Source of the DNA: a virus
Lineage: Duplodnaviria; Caudoviricetes
IMG/VR virus record: IMGVR_UViG_3300017645_000047
Location: 1 to 43,281 of that record
Strand: one strand, 5' to 3'
Length of the DNA stretch: 43,281 nt
Shown: positions 6,487-16,201 of the stretch, in pieces
How the letters are laid out: each line of letters starts with the position of its first letter
Position numbering within the stretch: the first letter of the stretch is position 1
Notes under the pieces: model-generated
The model's database searches: none
Seen by the model: only the letters and a program-made list of their open reading frames with translations
What the model was told of the DNA's origin: nothing
Program-made: the position numbers and the translations under genes

Positions 6487-7488
6487 ATGTTGTCGAAACC
6501 GCTCAAGAGTTTCTTTTATTCAATCACCCTGCTGGCTTGTGTCAGCAGTGTCTTCGCCTCAGAAGCCAATGTGGCCCGGACGAGACTTATCGTACAGACG
6601 GTAATGAACTCCGAGAGTGGGTACGTCAACAAGGATCTCCACGATGAACTCTGGAGAATCACAAAGGCTGAGGTGGGTAACGACCCCTACTCTGTAACTA
6701 AGGTTGCAGAGGCGCTGCAGCAAGTACGAGAAAGGTCAAATGGCTACTCTTTCGAGACGTGGAAGAGCGTGAAGCTGAGCTTTGAACAGCGGAAAGTCGT
6801 CAGGACACCGGGATTTGTCTCAATGTCCTCCAGTATGCGCACGCGAGGGCCAGAGACATCAGCCGCAGTTGACAGTGCAGAGAGCGCCTTAGCAGCAGCA
6901 GCTAACCGAAAGCCTATTACAGCGAACGGCCAGACGGTCTACATCAATCAGGAGCTGATTGAGCGTGTTCTTGGTGGCATCGAGGCCGCGCAAAGCCGAC
7001 TCGACAGGCTCTTAACCCAAGAATGGTCTGAAGAGATGCATGAGCAGAACATTAGTGCTGCGAAGGTCACCATCCTCACTCCAGACTTGTTTACCGTCTC
7101 TAGTCAAAAGATCGACGGTCTTGAAATACCGGCGGTATCCGCTCAACGTAACTATGGGCCTAACGCATCCGAGAGCATTTATTATATGCGCGCCCCAGGG
7201 GCAGGAATGGCTGATCTTACCAAGCGAGCGCAATTAGCTTGTAACGGGGCTTTCAGCTCAATTGGGCTTACCTGCAGGGCCTCGGCGACACAATGGAGAG
7301 GACGGCAGGGACTTACCGCCGCTGAGTCCACAAGCGTCAATGGGAAACCCGTAGGAATGGCGATCACGATTTTAAAGCGTGATCAAGAACACGCACTGCA
7401 AGGGTTTTCCGTCATTACTCCAGGTAGCGCAGCGGATGCCTCACTGGCCTTAGACGAATTGATGGAAAGGGTTAAGGCAGAGGACTAA
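6487..7488 (+). CDS. Secreted/periplasmic hypothetical protein (moron)
   Basis: 333 aa; Sec signal peptide ending VFA-S; lower GC; opposite strand. Confidence 0.8.
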   Translation: MLSKPLKSFFYSITLLACVSSVFASEANVARTRLIVQTVMNSESGYVNKDLHDELWRITKAEVGNDPYSVTKVAEALQQVRERSNGYSFETWKSVKLSFEQRKVVRTPGFVSMSSSMRTRGPETSAAVDSAESALAAAANRKPITANGQTVYINQELIERVLGGIEAAQSRLDRLLTQEWSEEMHEQNISAAKVTILTPDLFTVSSQKIDGLEIPAVSAQRNYGPNASESIYYMRAPGAGMADLTKRAQLACNGAFSSIGLTCRASATQWRGRQGLTAAESTSVNGKPVGMAITILKRDQEHALQGFSVITPGSAADASLALDELMERVKAED

Positions 7489-7579
7489 CTTGCCCGACGC
7501 ATCGGACAGAGAACATCGAACAGAAAGCCTAGAGAAGGTCTTGTATCTATCTATCTATAGATGTTTCTTCAGTCTCCCT

Positions 7580-7597
7580 CCATAGGTGCGTCCTAAT
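7580..7597 (-). promoter_or_regulatory. Phage RNAP promoter after terL (T7 phiOR-like position)
   Basis: ATTAGGACGCACCTATGG. Confidence 0.85.
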
Positions 7598-7661
7598 CGA
7601 TCTCCTTCGATCATGTCGACATCTTGCAAAGATGGAGAGGCACGTCCGTGTGCCATGATCC

Positions 7662-9335
7662 TCACACAACCATCCATGTATCCCCTGCTGAGGACGGTCC
7701 CAGGATGCTCTCCTTGAACTTCCTCAGCTCAGCCTCGAAGAGCTTCTCCTTGTGCTCCTGGGCGGCTTTCTCAGTGTCCCTACCCATCTGGGCTACCCAG
7801 TAGGCAACGGCCCCTGCAAGCGCATCCAGGCGGTCGTCGTGGGTCAACGCACCGCGATCCTTGGTGATCCGGGTGAGCTGGTAGAACAGGCTGTACTTGG
7901 CATCGGGGGCTGAGTCGAAGTCACGCTTGATGAGCGCCTTGTCGATCACCAACCGGTGCTGGTTCAAGACCGGCTCCAGGGTGTCGATGATGCGGCGTTC
8001 CTTCTGGATGTTGACCTTCACCTCCTCCACCGAGCAGGGATGGAACTTGCGCAGCCAGGGCTTCCACAGCTCGGTGAACATGCCATCGCCGAAGTTGGCT
8101 TCGACCAGGGCTTTGTTCACGGAGTGCTTCGCTGCGATCACTGCCAGGGACTTGAGGACTTCCTCGCTGTAGCCACCTGCAAGACCGCCAACGTCGACAA
8201 CGTAGAGCCAGCCGTGGAGCATCTTCACGACGGCATAGGCTGTCTCGTCGCTGCCTCGGCCAGCTGGGTCAACGAACATGACGGAGCCGGTGTACTCGGC
8301 CATGTCGTTCGCCACCCACATGGGACGGTAGTAGCGGTCACCCGACATGCCCACGCACGGGACGTCGTTGATGACGTACTCAGGGCCTGACGACCAGACG
8401 ACCTTCACGGGAGCCATCCGGGTATCCAGGGGCATAACGATCAGGTCTTGGAGCTTCAGCGGGTACTTGTCTTGGTCGCTGAGGCTGGTGTCCAACATGA
8501 ACTGCAGGGCGAAGCCAGAGCGCCCGTAGGAGGCCTCCCGCTCAACGAGGTCTTGGTCGTTGAAGCGCTGCGGATCGGTCACGTCCCGTGGCTTCGATCC
8601 ATGGGCGATCATGTCCATGATGTAGTGCGCCAAACGACCGTTGTACTTGTCGGGGTCGTTGGGGATTCGAGCGGGCCACACCGCGATCTGGTAGCCGCGA
8701 GCTTCCAGCTGGGTGTAGATCGACATCTCGGTCTGCGGGGTGCCCAGGAAGGTGATCTTCCCGCCGGGCTTGATGATCGCGTCGAACTCCTTGATGCGCT
8801 CACTCAGCTGGTCACGCATGACCTGGGTGAGGGAGTTGTTCAGGGACTCGACGTCGTCCGCGATGATCTCGTCGGCACGACTACCGGTGAGCTGGCCGGT
8901 GATACCCACGGACTTCACCGAGGGCGAATGGCTGATACCAGCCGGGCCAACGTCGAACATGATGTTGGAGTTGCGTTGGCCGTCCCTGGGCCGTAGGTGG
9001 GCCAGGATGGGCAGCTCGAAGATCAGCCGCTTGGTGAACGTCGAGAACTGGTCAGCGCGATCCTTCGAGGCCGAGACCACGAGGAAGTTGAGGTTGGGGT
9101 CGAGCAGGAGCCGCCAGCAGACGTAGGCCGAGGTGATCCAGCTCTTACCCACTCCCCGGAACGCCTCGATGACCTTGCGTCGAGGGCCGTGCTGTAGGAA
9201 GTAGGCGATGTCGTATTGAATGGGCGTGGGGTCTGACTTTACTGCCGTGATGGCCCCGGCCTTCCACAGGAACTCCCACACGACGAACAGGAAGTTCCTG
9301 AAGTCCCTCAAGGGGTGAGACTCAGGCAAAGACAT
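7662..9335 (-). CDS. terL: Terminase large subunit (T7 gp19-like)
   Basis: Walker A AFRGVGKS, GSRADEIIADDVE, nuclease DPAGRGSDET and HDDRLDALA. Confidence 0.97.
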   Translation of the reverse strand: MSLPESHPLRDFRNFLFVVWEFLWKAGAITAVKSDPTPIQYDIAYFLQHGPRRKVIEAFRGVGKSWITSAYVCWRLLLDPNLNFLVVSASKDRADQFSTFTKRLIFELPILAHLRPRDGQRNSNIMFDVGPAGISHSPSVKSVGITGQLTGSRADEIIADDVESLNNSLTQVMRDQLSERIKEFDAIIKPGGKITFLGTPQTEMSIYTQLEARGYQIAVWPARIPNDPDKYNGRLAHYIMDMIAHGSKPRDVTDPQRFNDQDLVEREASYGRSGFALQFMLDTSLSDQDKYPLKLQDLIVMPLDTRMAPVKVVWSSGPEYVINDVPCVGMSGDRYYRPMWVANDMAEYTGSVMFVDPAGRGSDETAYAVVKMLHGWLYVVDVGGLAGGYSEEVLKSLAVIAAKHSVNKALVEANFGDGMFTELWKPWLRKFHPCSVEEVKVNIQKERRIIDTLEPVLNQHRLVIDKALIKRDFDSAPDAKYSLFYQLTRITKDRGALTHDDRLDALAGAVAYWVAQMGRDTEKAAQEHKEKLFEAELRKFKESILGPSSAGDTWMVV

Positions 9336-9360
9336 GGGTTGTAAGCTCCACAGAAACGCA

Positions 9361-9422
9361 TAGAGCGTCTCCAGCGAACCCAGCCAGTACCTATGCACTG
9401 GTGGATTGCTGGAGACGCTCTA
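9361..9422. repeat. Long inverted repeat between terS and terL enclosing an operator copy
   Basis: TAGAGCGTCTCCAGC (9361-9375) / GCTGGAGACGCTCTA (9408-9422), perfect 15-bp arms. Confidence 0.85.
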
Positions 9423-9443
9423 CGGGCCTTCTAGGCGGTTTGG

Positions 9444-9677
9444 TTAGTGGTATGCGGGGTCGTTGGGATCGGTGAACGGGAGCTGACTTGCCAGGGAGTT
9501 GGACAGGCGCTCCAGGGAGTTACCGGCAGTCGGGATTGCCTCGATGCCGTTGTCCTTCAAGAACTTGATGGCCTGGGCGAAATCCGAGGCCGTGGCTTGG
9601 CCGGACGTGATCCGTGCCAGCAGTTGTTCACCGACCGCCGAGTGCAGAGCCTCAAGAAGCTCTTTCGGTGCGGTCAC
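9444..9677 (-). CDS. terS: Terminase small subunit (T7 gp18-like)
   Basis: LLEALH...A(I)KFLKDNGIE motif; upstream of terL. Confidence 0.85.
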   Translation of the reverse strand: MTAPKELLEALHSAVGEQLLARITSGQATASDFAQAIKFLKDNGIEAIPTAGNSLERLSNSLASQLPFTDPNDPAYH

Positions 9678-9879
9678 AGGTTTTCTCCTTTCCGAACAGT
9701 GTCTTGATGGCGTCCCGTACCTTGGGCAGGAAGACGATGATCTGGAACACCAGCAGCATGGCGGTGCCGATGAATACCCAGTCCTGCAGGGTGATCCCGA
9801 ACATGGTCATGCCCGAGACACCCACTGGTACGGGGGTGGTGACGAGAGCGGCTTGCTCTGCGGCTTGGCGGACACTCAT
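9652..9879 (-). CDS. Holin (T7 gp17.5 position)
   Basis: Small hydrophobic protein with FGITLQDWVFIGT motif and basic C-terminus; syntenic. Confidence 0.75.
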   Translation of the reverse strand: MSVRQAAEQAALVTTPVPVGVSGMTMFGITLQDWVFIGTAMLLVFQIIVFLPKVRDAIKTLFGKEKTCDRTERAS

Positions 9880-10139
9880 GCAGCCACCTCAGTCGGCTGC
9901 TCCTCGCCGGTAGGCTCTTGTGGAGGCTCTACCAGCTCAAGCAGTCCTACCGGAACCTCATAAGCCACTGGCACTGGTGGGCGCATGTAGCTTACATGGA
10001 GCAGCATCTGCTCCTTCGAGAGGTTTGGGTTCTCTAGGATGTAGAGAGGGATGTCGTGATTGAGGGTTACAAAGCCCCAATCCACGACCATTGTCTTTCT
10101 CTCAGTGTCGACCGAGAGAATCTTAAAGTCGTTCATCAT
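9876..10139 (-). CDS. Hypothetical protein, possibly tail-fibre associated
   Basis: 87 aa ORF coupled to the adhesin gene. Confidence 0.6.
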   Translation of the reverse strand: MMNDFKILSVDTERKTMVVDWGFVTLNHDIPLYILENPNLSKEQMLLHVSYMRPPVPVAYEVPVGLLELVEPPQEPTGEEQPTEVAA

Positions 10140-10963
10140 GCGATTGCTCCTTTGATTTGAGTGGTGTTATTACCTCCGGTGATGCTCACGGTCTTACCGT
10201 TCCTAGCGATGGCTGCTCCAGCAGCACCCCCTGCTGTTGTGCCGTAAACCCAGCCGGTGCCTCCTGCTGTGATATATGAGCCGTTTACACCAGCAGCACC
10301 GTTAGCACCCCCGGCACCGCCAACGGCCTTCCAAGTCTTGCCGGTAAATGTGTAGGTCGCAGAGCCCCCGGCACCCCCAGTCGTGGACGTACCAGGGGAA
10401 CCAACTTGCGTTGTTGTGCCTCCTGCGCCTTCTGCACTACCAGCGCCTCCGCCTCCACTGGCGTTCAGGTTCACAGAGAGGGCTCTAGAGACACAAGATG
10501 CGCCGCCTCCGCCGCCTCCGCCGCCGAAGATGTACCCATTGGTGTTGTCGATGGTGCAGTCCATGTCCGCATAAAGAGCTGTGCCGCCAGCAGCCCCCGC
10601 AACTCCGGGGGTGCCGCCACTGCCGCCTTTACCTCGGATGTACCCTTTGTTGACGATCAGCAGAGTCGAGCCAGCAGGGAAAACCCCGGTACGGAGTGCG
10701 TATGTACCACTACCTGCTGAAATCGTGGCCTGGTTCTCGAAGATGTAGTTCCCAGGTTGGGTTGGGGAACCCATCAGCTCGTAGATGCTTGCAGCGGTTC
10801 GACTTGCGGTATTGATGTAGCGAACCTCGTTCTGCCAAGCACTCCTCCATCCGCCGCTCATGTAACCCCAGAGCTGATCCGCTATTGCCCACGCCCCGTT
10901 GACCTTGACGTGTACCTTGGAGGCAGTCACCCAACTTCCCCCAGCTTTCACGTTAAGTGGCAT
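10136..10963 (-). CDS. Glycine-rich receptor-binding adhesin (T-even gp38-like)
   Basis: IVNKGYIRGKGGSGG...IDNTNGYIFGGGGGGGG polyglycine motifs; Trp-rich N-terminus; follows the tail fibre. Confidence 0.78.
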   Translation of the reverse strand: MPLNVKAGGSWVTASKVHVKVNGAWAIADQLWGYMSGGWRSAWQNEVRYINTASRTAASIYELMGSPTQPGNYIFENQATISAGSGTYALRTGVFPAGSTLLIVNKGYIRGKGGSGGTPGVAGAAGGTALYADMDCTIDNTNGYIFGGGGGGGGASCVSRALSVNLNASGGGGAGSAEGAGGTTTQVGSPGTSTTGGAGGSATYTFTGKTWKAVGGAGGANGAAGVNGSYITAGGTGWVYGTTAGGAAGAAIARNGKTVSITGGNNTTQIKGAIA

Positions 10964-10972
10964 TAAACCTCC

Positions 10973-12340
10973 TCAGTATTGAATCCAGATGTCGCCGTCT
11001 GCTCCACCAGAAGGTGCCGCAGTCGAGATGGTTATGTTCTTGGTTGCCGCGCTTCCTAGACCGGACACCTGGGCAGCCGTGTGGGTGTGACTGGTCGCCG
11101 CTTTACCGTCCAGGGCGGTCTGGAGGCCGCTCACCTCATTGATCGAGTGGGTGTGGCTGGAGGCTGCCTTACCGTCTAAGGCGGTCTGCAGGTCGCTCAC
11201 TTGGTCGATGGTGTGGGTGTGGCTGGAGGCTGCCTTACCGTCGAGCGCGGTCTGCAAACCAGATACCTGGGCAATGGTGTGGCTGTGAGTCGTCGGTGCC
11301 TTACCGTCGAGGGCCGCTTGGGTGGCCGTGGAGACGGGCTTGTCGAGGTCTCGGGTATCGTCAACGTGGCCTAGCCCTAGGTTGCCTCGGGCAGCGGCCT
11401 TATCGGTCAGGTCAGCGAGGTTGTTCGAGTTCTTGGAGAAGTCAGACAGGTCTCCACCAGCGATCTCCTGCACATCCTGCAGCACCTTGTTGACCGTCAC
11501 CTGCAGAGAGCTTGCGGTCTGCAGAGCGCTCGCCGCGTCCTGGGCAGCCGATTCAGCCGCTGCCTCCGCGTCTCGGGCACTTTGCTCCGACTGGTTGGCC
11601 AGATAGGAGGCGTTAGCCGAGTTCTGGAGCGCGGAGTTGGCGGTGGCCAGGGCTTGGTTGGCGGTGTTGGTTGCGGTGGTCGACGCAGTCTCTGCACGCT
11701 CTGCCTGAGCCTTGGCGTTGTCGGCCAAAGTCGATGCGCTATTCGCGGTGCTGCTAGCTGCATTGGCGATACTCACCGCGTTATCCGCCTTGGCGTTGGC
11801 GGAACCAGCCACGGTCTCAGCGTTGTTGGCCTTTGCCAGCGCTTGGTTGGCCGTGTTGTTTGCGTTGGTCGCAGTGCTCACCGCAGAGGTCGCCTTCGAG
11901 TCAGCCGAGTTGGCGGCGTTGGCGGTGCTCACGGCGTTACTTGCGAGGGTCTTCGCCTCATTGGCCGTGGTGGTAGCAGCGTTGGCGGTATCGGTCGCGT
12001 CCTTGGCGAGGCCGTTGGATTCGACAGCCAGGTCATCCGCTTCCTGGGACAGGTAGAAGTTCTGCTTGCTGGCCAGATCGAGCTGGCTTTCAGTGAGCGT
12101 GGAGCCGTCCACGAAGTCCACCAGTAGGGAGTTGCGCTCGGTTACCCGGCGAACCTCGACCTTGGCGCCGATGGCAGGTGCCGTAGTCAACTGGATGGAC
12201 GAGGCCGACAGCCAGGAGAACGTCACGGCTGCGCCGTTCACGGTGACCTTGACGTGATCCTTGGACAGATACGGGAAAGGCACCGAGAAGTTGCGATTAC
12301 CACTGACGCTCTGTGTGTAAGTGACTCGTGCAAGAGCCAT
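10973..12340 (-). CDS. Tail fibre (T7 gp17 N-terminal anchor, coiled coil, HxH repeats)
   Basis: FSVPFPYLSKDHVKV...RRVT anchor domain; Ala/Asn heptads; SHTH repeats. Confidence 0.93.
   Translation of the reverse strand: MALARVTYTQSVSGNRNFSVPFPYLSKDHVKVTVNGAAVTFSWLSASSIQLTTAPAIGAKVEVRRVTERNSLLVDFVDGSTLTESQLDLASKQNFYLSQEADDLAVESNGLAKDATDTANAATTTANEAKTLASNAVSTANAANSADSKATSAVSTATNANNTANQALAKANNAETVAGSANAKADNAVSIANAASSTANSASTLADNAKAQAERAETASTTATNTANQALATANSALQNSANASYLANQSEQSARDAEAAAESAAQDAASALQTASSLQVTVNKVLQDVQEIAGGDLSDFSKNSNNLADLTDKAAARGNLGLGHVDDTRDLDKPVSTATQAALDGKAPTTHSHTIAQVSGLQTALDGKAASSHTHTIDQVSDLQTALDGKAASSHTHSINEVSGLQTALDGKAATSHTHTAAQVSGLGSAATKNITISTAAPSGGADGDIWIQY
11080..11320 (-). repeat. 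About four 66-bp (22-aa) tandem repeats in the tail fibre
   Basis: TTACCGTC recurs at 11103, 11169, 11235 and 11301; unit ALDGKAxxxHTHTIxQVSGLQT. Confidence 0.85.
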
Positions 12341-12355
12341 GCTTTTCCTCCAGAC

Positions 12356-12387
12356 AAAGAAAAGGGCGACACGAAGGCCGCCCCTTA
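12356..12387 (-). terminator. Putative intrinsic terminator between the gp16-like gene and the tail fibre
   Basis: Minus strand AAGGGGCGGCCTTCGTGTCGCCCTTTTCTTT, hairpin plus U tract. Confidence 0.6.
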
Positions 12388-12406
12388 GCGATGGAACGAT
12401 TGGTTG

Positions 12407-15400
12407 TTACTGGTCCCAGAAACCAGCCTTGGCTTGCGCCTGACTGGTGATCGTTTGGATGTACTTCTGCTCAGCCCCAGACTCTTCGCTGATCAGGCGC
12501 ATGAGCGCGGCCTTCCGCAGTTCGTTGATGGTCGAAGACACCTCGGTGACCTTGGCGCCTTTGACCTTGCGGGTGCCGGCGGGCAGAGCGGATTCCAGAA
12601 GAGGCAGCAGGTATTTCTCCGGCTGCAGCTCCCGGTAGTAGCGGTTCCAGCGATCCTGCAGCGTCTCCTTGCCGTCGTCCGTGTAGGTCGTCCGCATGTC
12701 GATGCCGCCCAGGAGCTGGTCGCTGGTGGGTACGTCGAAGGTCACCCCGGTGAGGTGGGATAGCTCGTCCATCTTCGCCAGCACCTTGGCTTGCTCCGGC
12801 GTCATGCCCCGGAGGCGTTCCTCAGGGGTGGACGGCGAGAACATGTTCCACATGGCGCCGGTATCGGTGACCTTCCGTGGGTTTCCCAGGACGTCGTAGG
12901 ACTTGGCCGAGGTGTTGTTCCAGTTGCCCAGCGTTGCCCCTGTGAGGAAGCGCGACTGGACCATCTGCCACCAATCAGCAGGGTCTGTGACGGTTGGGTC
13001 GTTGGACTGAGCGATCTTGGTCATGGTGTTCGGGACCAGCATCTTGAGCTTGTCCCCCACGAACTTGATCAGGCCCGCCTCCCCTCCTCGCTTCTCGTCG
13101 AAGGCGATGTTCCATGTGTCCTGAATACCCTTCAGGCCACTCAGCAGGTTGGCGTCCATGAAGGCCTTGGCGATGGCCCCGGTGCCCACGAAGATGGCGC
13201 CCTGGACCTTCTTCATCTCGTCATCCACGAACTCGCCCTGGCGCTCCCTCACCATAAGTGCGTCGTATCGCTCGAAGGCGTTCACGAGGATCTTCAGCGG
13301 GGTGGCGATGGGGTCCAGGTTCTTGTAGCTGAACGTGGTGCCGTCGCTCATGCGGATGGTGTATGGCTCAGGAAGTGCGCTATCCGTGCGGTTCTTCCCT
13401 TGCTTCCAATCGGAGTAGGCGCCGTCACCTGTGATGTTCCCGCTGGCGTACAAGGACAAGGCTGTGCCGGTAAAGGCCAGCGACATGAGCGCTTCGCCCT
13501 GGGCACGAACCTGGGAGCGTCGACCGTTCTTCCCAGCGAGATCCGCGAGGAAGTTCGGAGCGACGATCTGCAGACCTGGGGTCATGCGGACGCCCTCCTC
13601 GAACACCCGCACGGGGGTACGGAAGAAGAGCTGGCCCAGGAGACGCATCACCGGGGCGCTGTTCACCCACTGCTCGTACTTGTGCGCCCAGTCGGAGACC
13701 GGGAGGCCGAGCATCTTGCTGTCGCCTGTGAAGCCGCGCTTGTAGAGCATGTCCCTGGCGTAATCGAGTGCTTCCTTGTTGGTGCCGTGTCGCAGCGCCT
13801 CGGGGTTCCTCTGCACCTCGTTCTTCACGAACTGCGCCAAGGCTTCCCCGGAGTAGCCCAGGTTCACGCCCTTGTTCACCACGGTACGCACACCAGCCTC
13901 GGTGACATGGGACTCGAAGGCGTTGTCGATGGCCGTCTTGGTTCGCTCAGCGATGTGCTGGTCGATGGCCTTACCCTTCAGCCCCATCTGCACGGCTTCC
14001 TTGTAGGCATCCCCTGCGACTTGGCTGGCGATGAACCCACGGTAGGTGAGCTGCGAGAAGTATTCGTCGGTGGTGTTCAGGATGCGCGGCAGGAAGCGGA
14101 TGATTCCGCCCTTGCGCCCAGTGATCGCCATCTCCCCTTCCATGATCCGCCCGGACTCGCGGGTAAGGATCGACTGCTCGTAGGCAAAGGCAGCCTTGGC
14201 AGCACGGAGAGCCGACATGTTCCCGGCCCGCATCGCCGAGTAGGTTGCAGCCAGTGTCTTCCGGGTCTCAGCCTCGAATGGGTTCGACAGGACAGCATCC
14301 AGGGCTGGCCGGTAGAGCACCTTGAGCATCGGCGGCACGGAGTTCCGCAGCACGGTAACCGGCGAGAACACGTTGGAAATCGACAGCTCGACCAGCTTGT
14401 TGAGGGTGCTGGTGGTGCGCTTGCCCAGGGTATCGGTGGCTTTGTCCTGCAGGATCTTGTCCACCATCCCATCCGCCTCCAGTCCCTTCATGGTGATCAG
14501 CCTTGCGGCCTCCCCCACGTCGCCACTGTCGAGTGCGCCCTGGATCAGTGTGTCGTAGGCGCTGCGGCGGGCTTTCACTGCGGTGTCCTGCTCAGCTTGG
14601 AAGACGCGATCCGCCCAGGAGCTGAGGTCTGTGGTATCCGAGAGGTTTCCCTGGAGGCCCACCTGCCGTTGGCGTAGCAGGTAGCCCGCGTGGGAACCAA
14701 AGGCTTCGTCCAGGGCGCTCAGCGTGTCGAAGGTGCCCTTGAGATGGTCCTGCTTGGCAGCCAGTCGGGACACCTCTGCCGGATCGGTAGCGCGCTGTGC
14801 AGCGGCAACCGTGCGAGCCAGCTCCATGGCTGACCAGTCCCTGGAGAGCTTCAGGCTCATCGCCATCTGCTCATGCTCGGTCACCGTCATCTGATGCTTC
14901 TTCAGCTGGTCGGCAACATCCTGCAGCTGGACGTAGTCCATCCCCTTCAGCTCACGCGCCAGGGTGAAGGCCTTGTTCATGTTCTCCTGCAGGTTCTGCC
15001 GTTGGTACGGGATCGTGGTCTCGGCCTTAGGCAGCGGGAGGTCATGGATGTTGGTGAACTCGAAGAAGTCCCCGGTGGGTGCTTCGTATGGCTTCAGCGC
15101 CTTACCGGGTTCTTCCTGGGGCTTGGGCGCCTCCTGGGCGACCACCGCGGACTCCGGCTTCGCAGGTGCTGCAGGTACATCCTGGGGTGCAGCTTGTGGT
15201 GCAGCTGGGGCCACATCCTGGGGAGCAGCTACCGGGTCGGCTTGAGGCGCATCCTGGGCCACCGGAGCATCCTTGGCAGCCTGATCGGTTGCACTGGTGG
15301 ATACATCCGGGCGCACCGAAGGCGTCTCAGCAGGTGCCGTTGGCGGCTCTACCTTGGGCTTCTTCCACAGCTCAGCCACCTTGGATGCAGCCGCATCCGC

Positions 15401-16201
15401 AGCAGTACCAAGGACCAGACCAGTGCCAGCACCCGCAGCCACGCTCGCGCCCAGCTCGGTGCCGCTGATGGAGTCCTTCCGGCCAGCAGTCACCTCGACC
15501 GACTGGCGGATGGCGTTGTCGGTGCCCGCGTAGATTCCCCCTTCCACACCCGCCACGGCTCCGGTACGCAGCCCCTGCTTGAGGAGCTGCTTGATGCCGA
15601 GCTTGGTGGCTGCCTTAGCGCCGGATACACCGAGGGAGCCTATGCCCAAGGTGCCCAGGCCGATGAGGTTGGTGGGGTCGGTGGCCATGCCCTTCACCGC
15701 CCGCCCTACTCCACCCCAGGACATGTTCAGGTTGTCGTAGGTGTCCATCAGGTAGAGGAACGCTTCCTTCTGGCGCTGCGGGACACTGCGGAGGCGAGCC
15801 GCGTCAACCCCCATTACCGGGAGGTTGTAGTTGAACCATCCCATGATATCGAGACCGTACTGGGCGGCTTCCTCGGCGGAACCCTTGAAGTCCTTCCCGT
15901 TGTTCATCTTGTAGATCTCACGGGAGGCGGTCACCCAGTCCTTGTCCTGGGAGAGGCTCGCCGGGTCGACGTCCTTCTTTACCTCGCCGAATGGCTGGTA
16001 CTGCGGACTGGCGCCTTCAGCTGGAGCTGCCTGGGGATCTGCCTGGGCATCGGCAGGTGCAGCTTGGGGATCGGGCTGGCTGGTGTCCTCCAGGCCGCTC
16101 GTGTCGTAGCCGTTGTTCTTCAGCTTCTCGACGAGCTGGGCCTTGGTGGTCCCCTCAGGGATGCCCGTGATGATCGTCCCATCGGGCAGCTTGACGTTCA
16201 T
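12407..16201 (-). CDS. Large internal virion (ejection) protein, gp16-like
   Basis: 1264 aa, helical, syntenic position upstream of the tail fibre. Confidence 0.8.
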   Translation of the reverse strand: MNVKLPDGTIITGIPEGTTKAQLVEKLKNNGYDTSGLEDTSQPDPQAAPADAQADPQAAPAEGASPQYQPFGEVKKDVDPASLSQDKDWVTASREIYKMNNGKDFKGSAEEAAQYGLDIMGWFNYNLPVMGVDAARLRSVPQRQKEAFLYLMDTYDNLNMSWGGVGRAVKGMATDPTNLIGLGTLGIGSLGVSGAKAATKLGIKQLLKQGLRTGAVAGVEGGIYAGTDNAIRQSVEVTAGRKDSISGTELGASVAAGAGTGLVLGTAADAAASKVAELWKKPKVEPPTAPAETPSVRPDVSTSATDQAAKDAPVAQDAPQADPVAAPQDVAPAAPQAAPQDVPAAPAKPESAVVAQEAPKPQEEPGKALKPYEAPTGDFFEFTNIHDLPLPKAETTIPYQRQNLQENMNKAFTLARELKGMDYVQLQDVADQLKKHQMTVTEHEQMAMSLKLSRDWSAMELARTVAAAQRATDPAEVSRLAAKQDHLKGTFDTLSALDEAFGSHAGYLLRQRQVGLQGNLSDTTDLSSWADRVFQAEQDTAVKARRSAYDTLIQGALDSGDVGEAARLITMKGLEADGMVDKILQDKATDTLGKRTTSTLNKLVELSISNVFSPVTVLRNSVPPMLKVLYRPALDAVLSNPFEAETRKTLAATYSAMRAGNMSALRAAKAAFAYEQSILTRESGRIMEGEMAITGRKGGIIRFLPRILNTTDEYFSQLTYRGFIASQVAGDAYKEAVQMGLKGKAIDQHIAERTKTAIDNAFESHVTEAGVRTVVNKGVNLGYSGEALAQFVKNEVQRNPEALRHGTNKEALDYARDMLYKRGFTGDSKMLGLPVSDWAHKYEQWVNSAPVMRLLGQLFFRTPVRVFEEGVRMTPGLQIVAPNFLADLAGKNGRRSQVRAQGEALMSLAFTGTALSLYASGNITGDGAYSDWKQGKNRTDSALPEPYTIRMSDGTTFSYKNLDPIATPLKILVNAFERYDALMVRERQGEFVDDEMKKVQGAIFVGTGAIAKAFMDANLLSGLKGIQDTWNIAFDEKRGGEAGLIKFVGDKLKMLVPNTMTKIAQSNDPTVTDPADWWQMVQSRFLTGATLGNWNNTSAKSYDVLGNPRKVTDTGAMWNMFSPSTPEERLRGMTPEQAKVLAKMDELSHLTGVTFDVPTSDQLLGGIDMRTTYTDDGKETLQDRWNRYYRELQPEKYLLPLLESALPAGTRKVKGAKVTEVSSTINELRKAALMRLISEESGAEQKYIQTITSQAQAKAGFWDQ

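Noticed and set aside
9336-9398. Longer terL start at 9398
   Set aside because: Lies within the hairpin/operator; homology-like sequence starts near MSLPESHPL (9335)
11080-11320. Regularly spaced repeats as a possible CRISPR array
   Set aside because: In-frame 66-bp coding repeats of the tail fibre with no unique spacers; no cas genes
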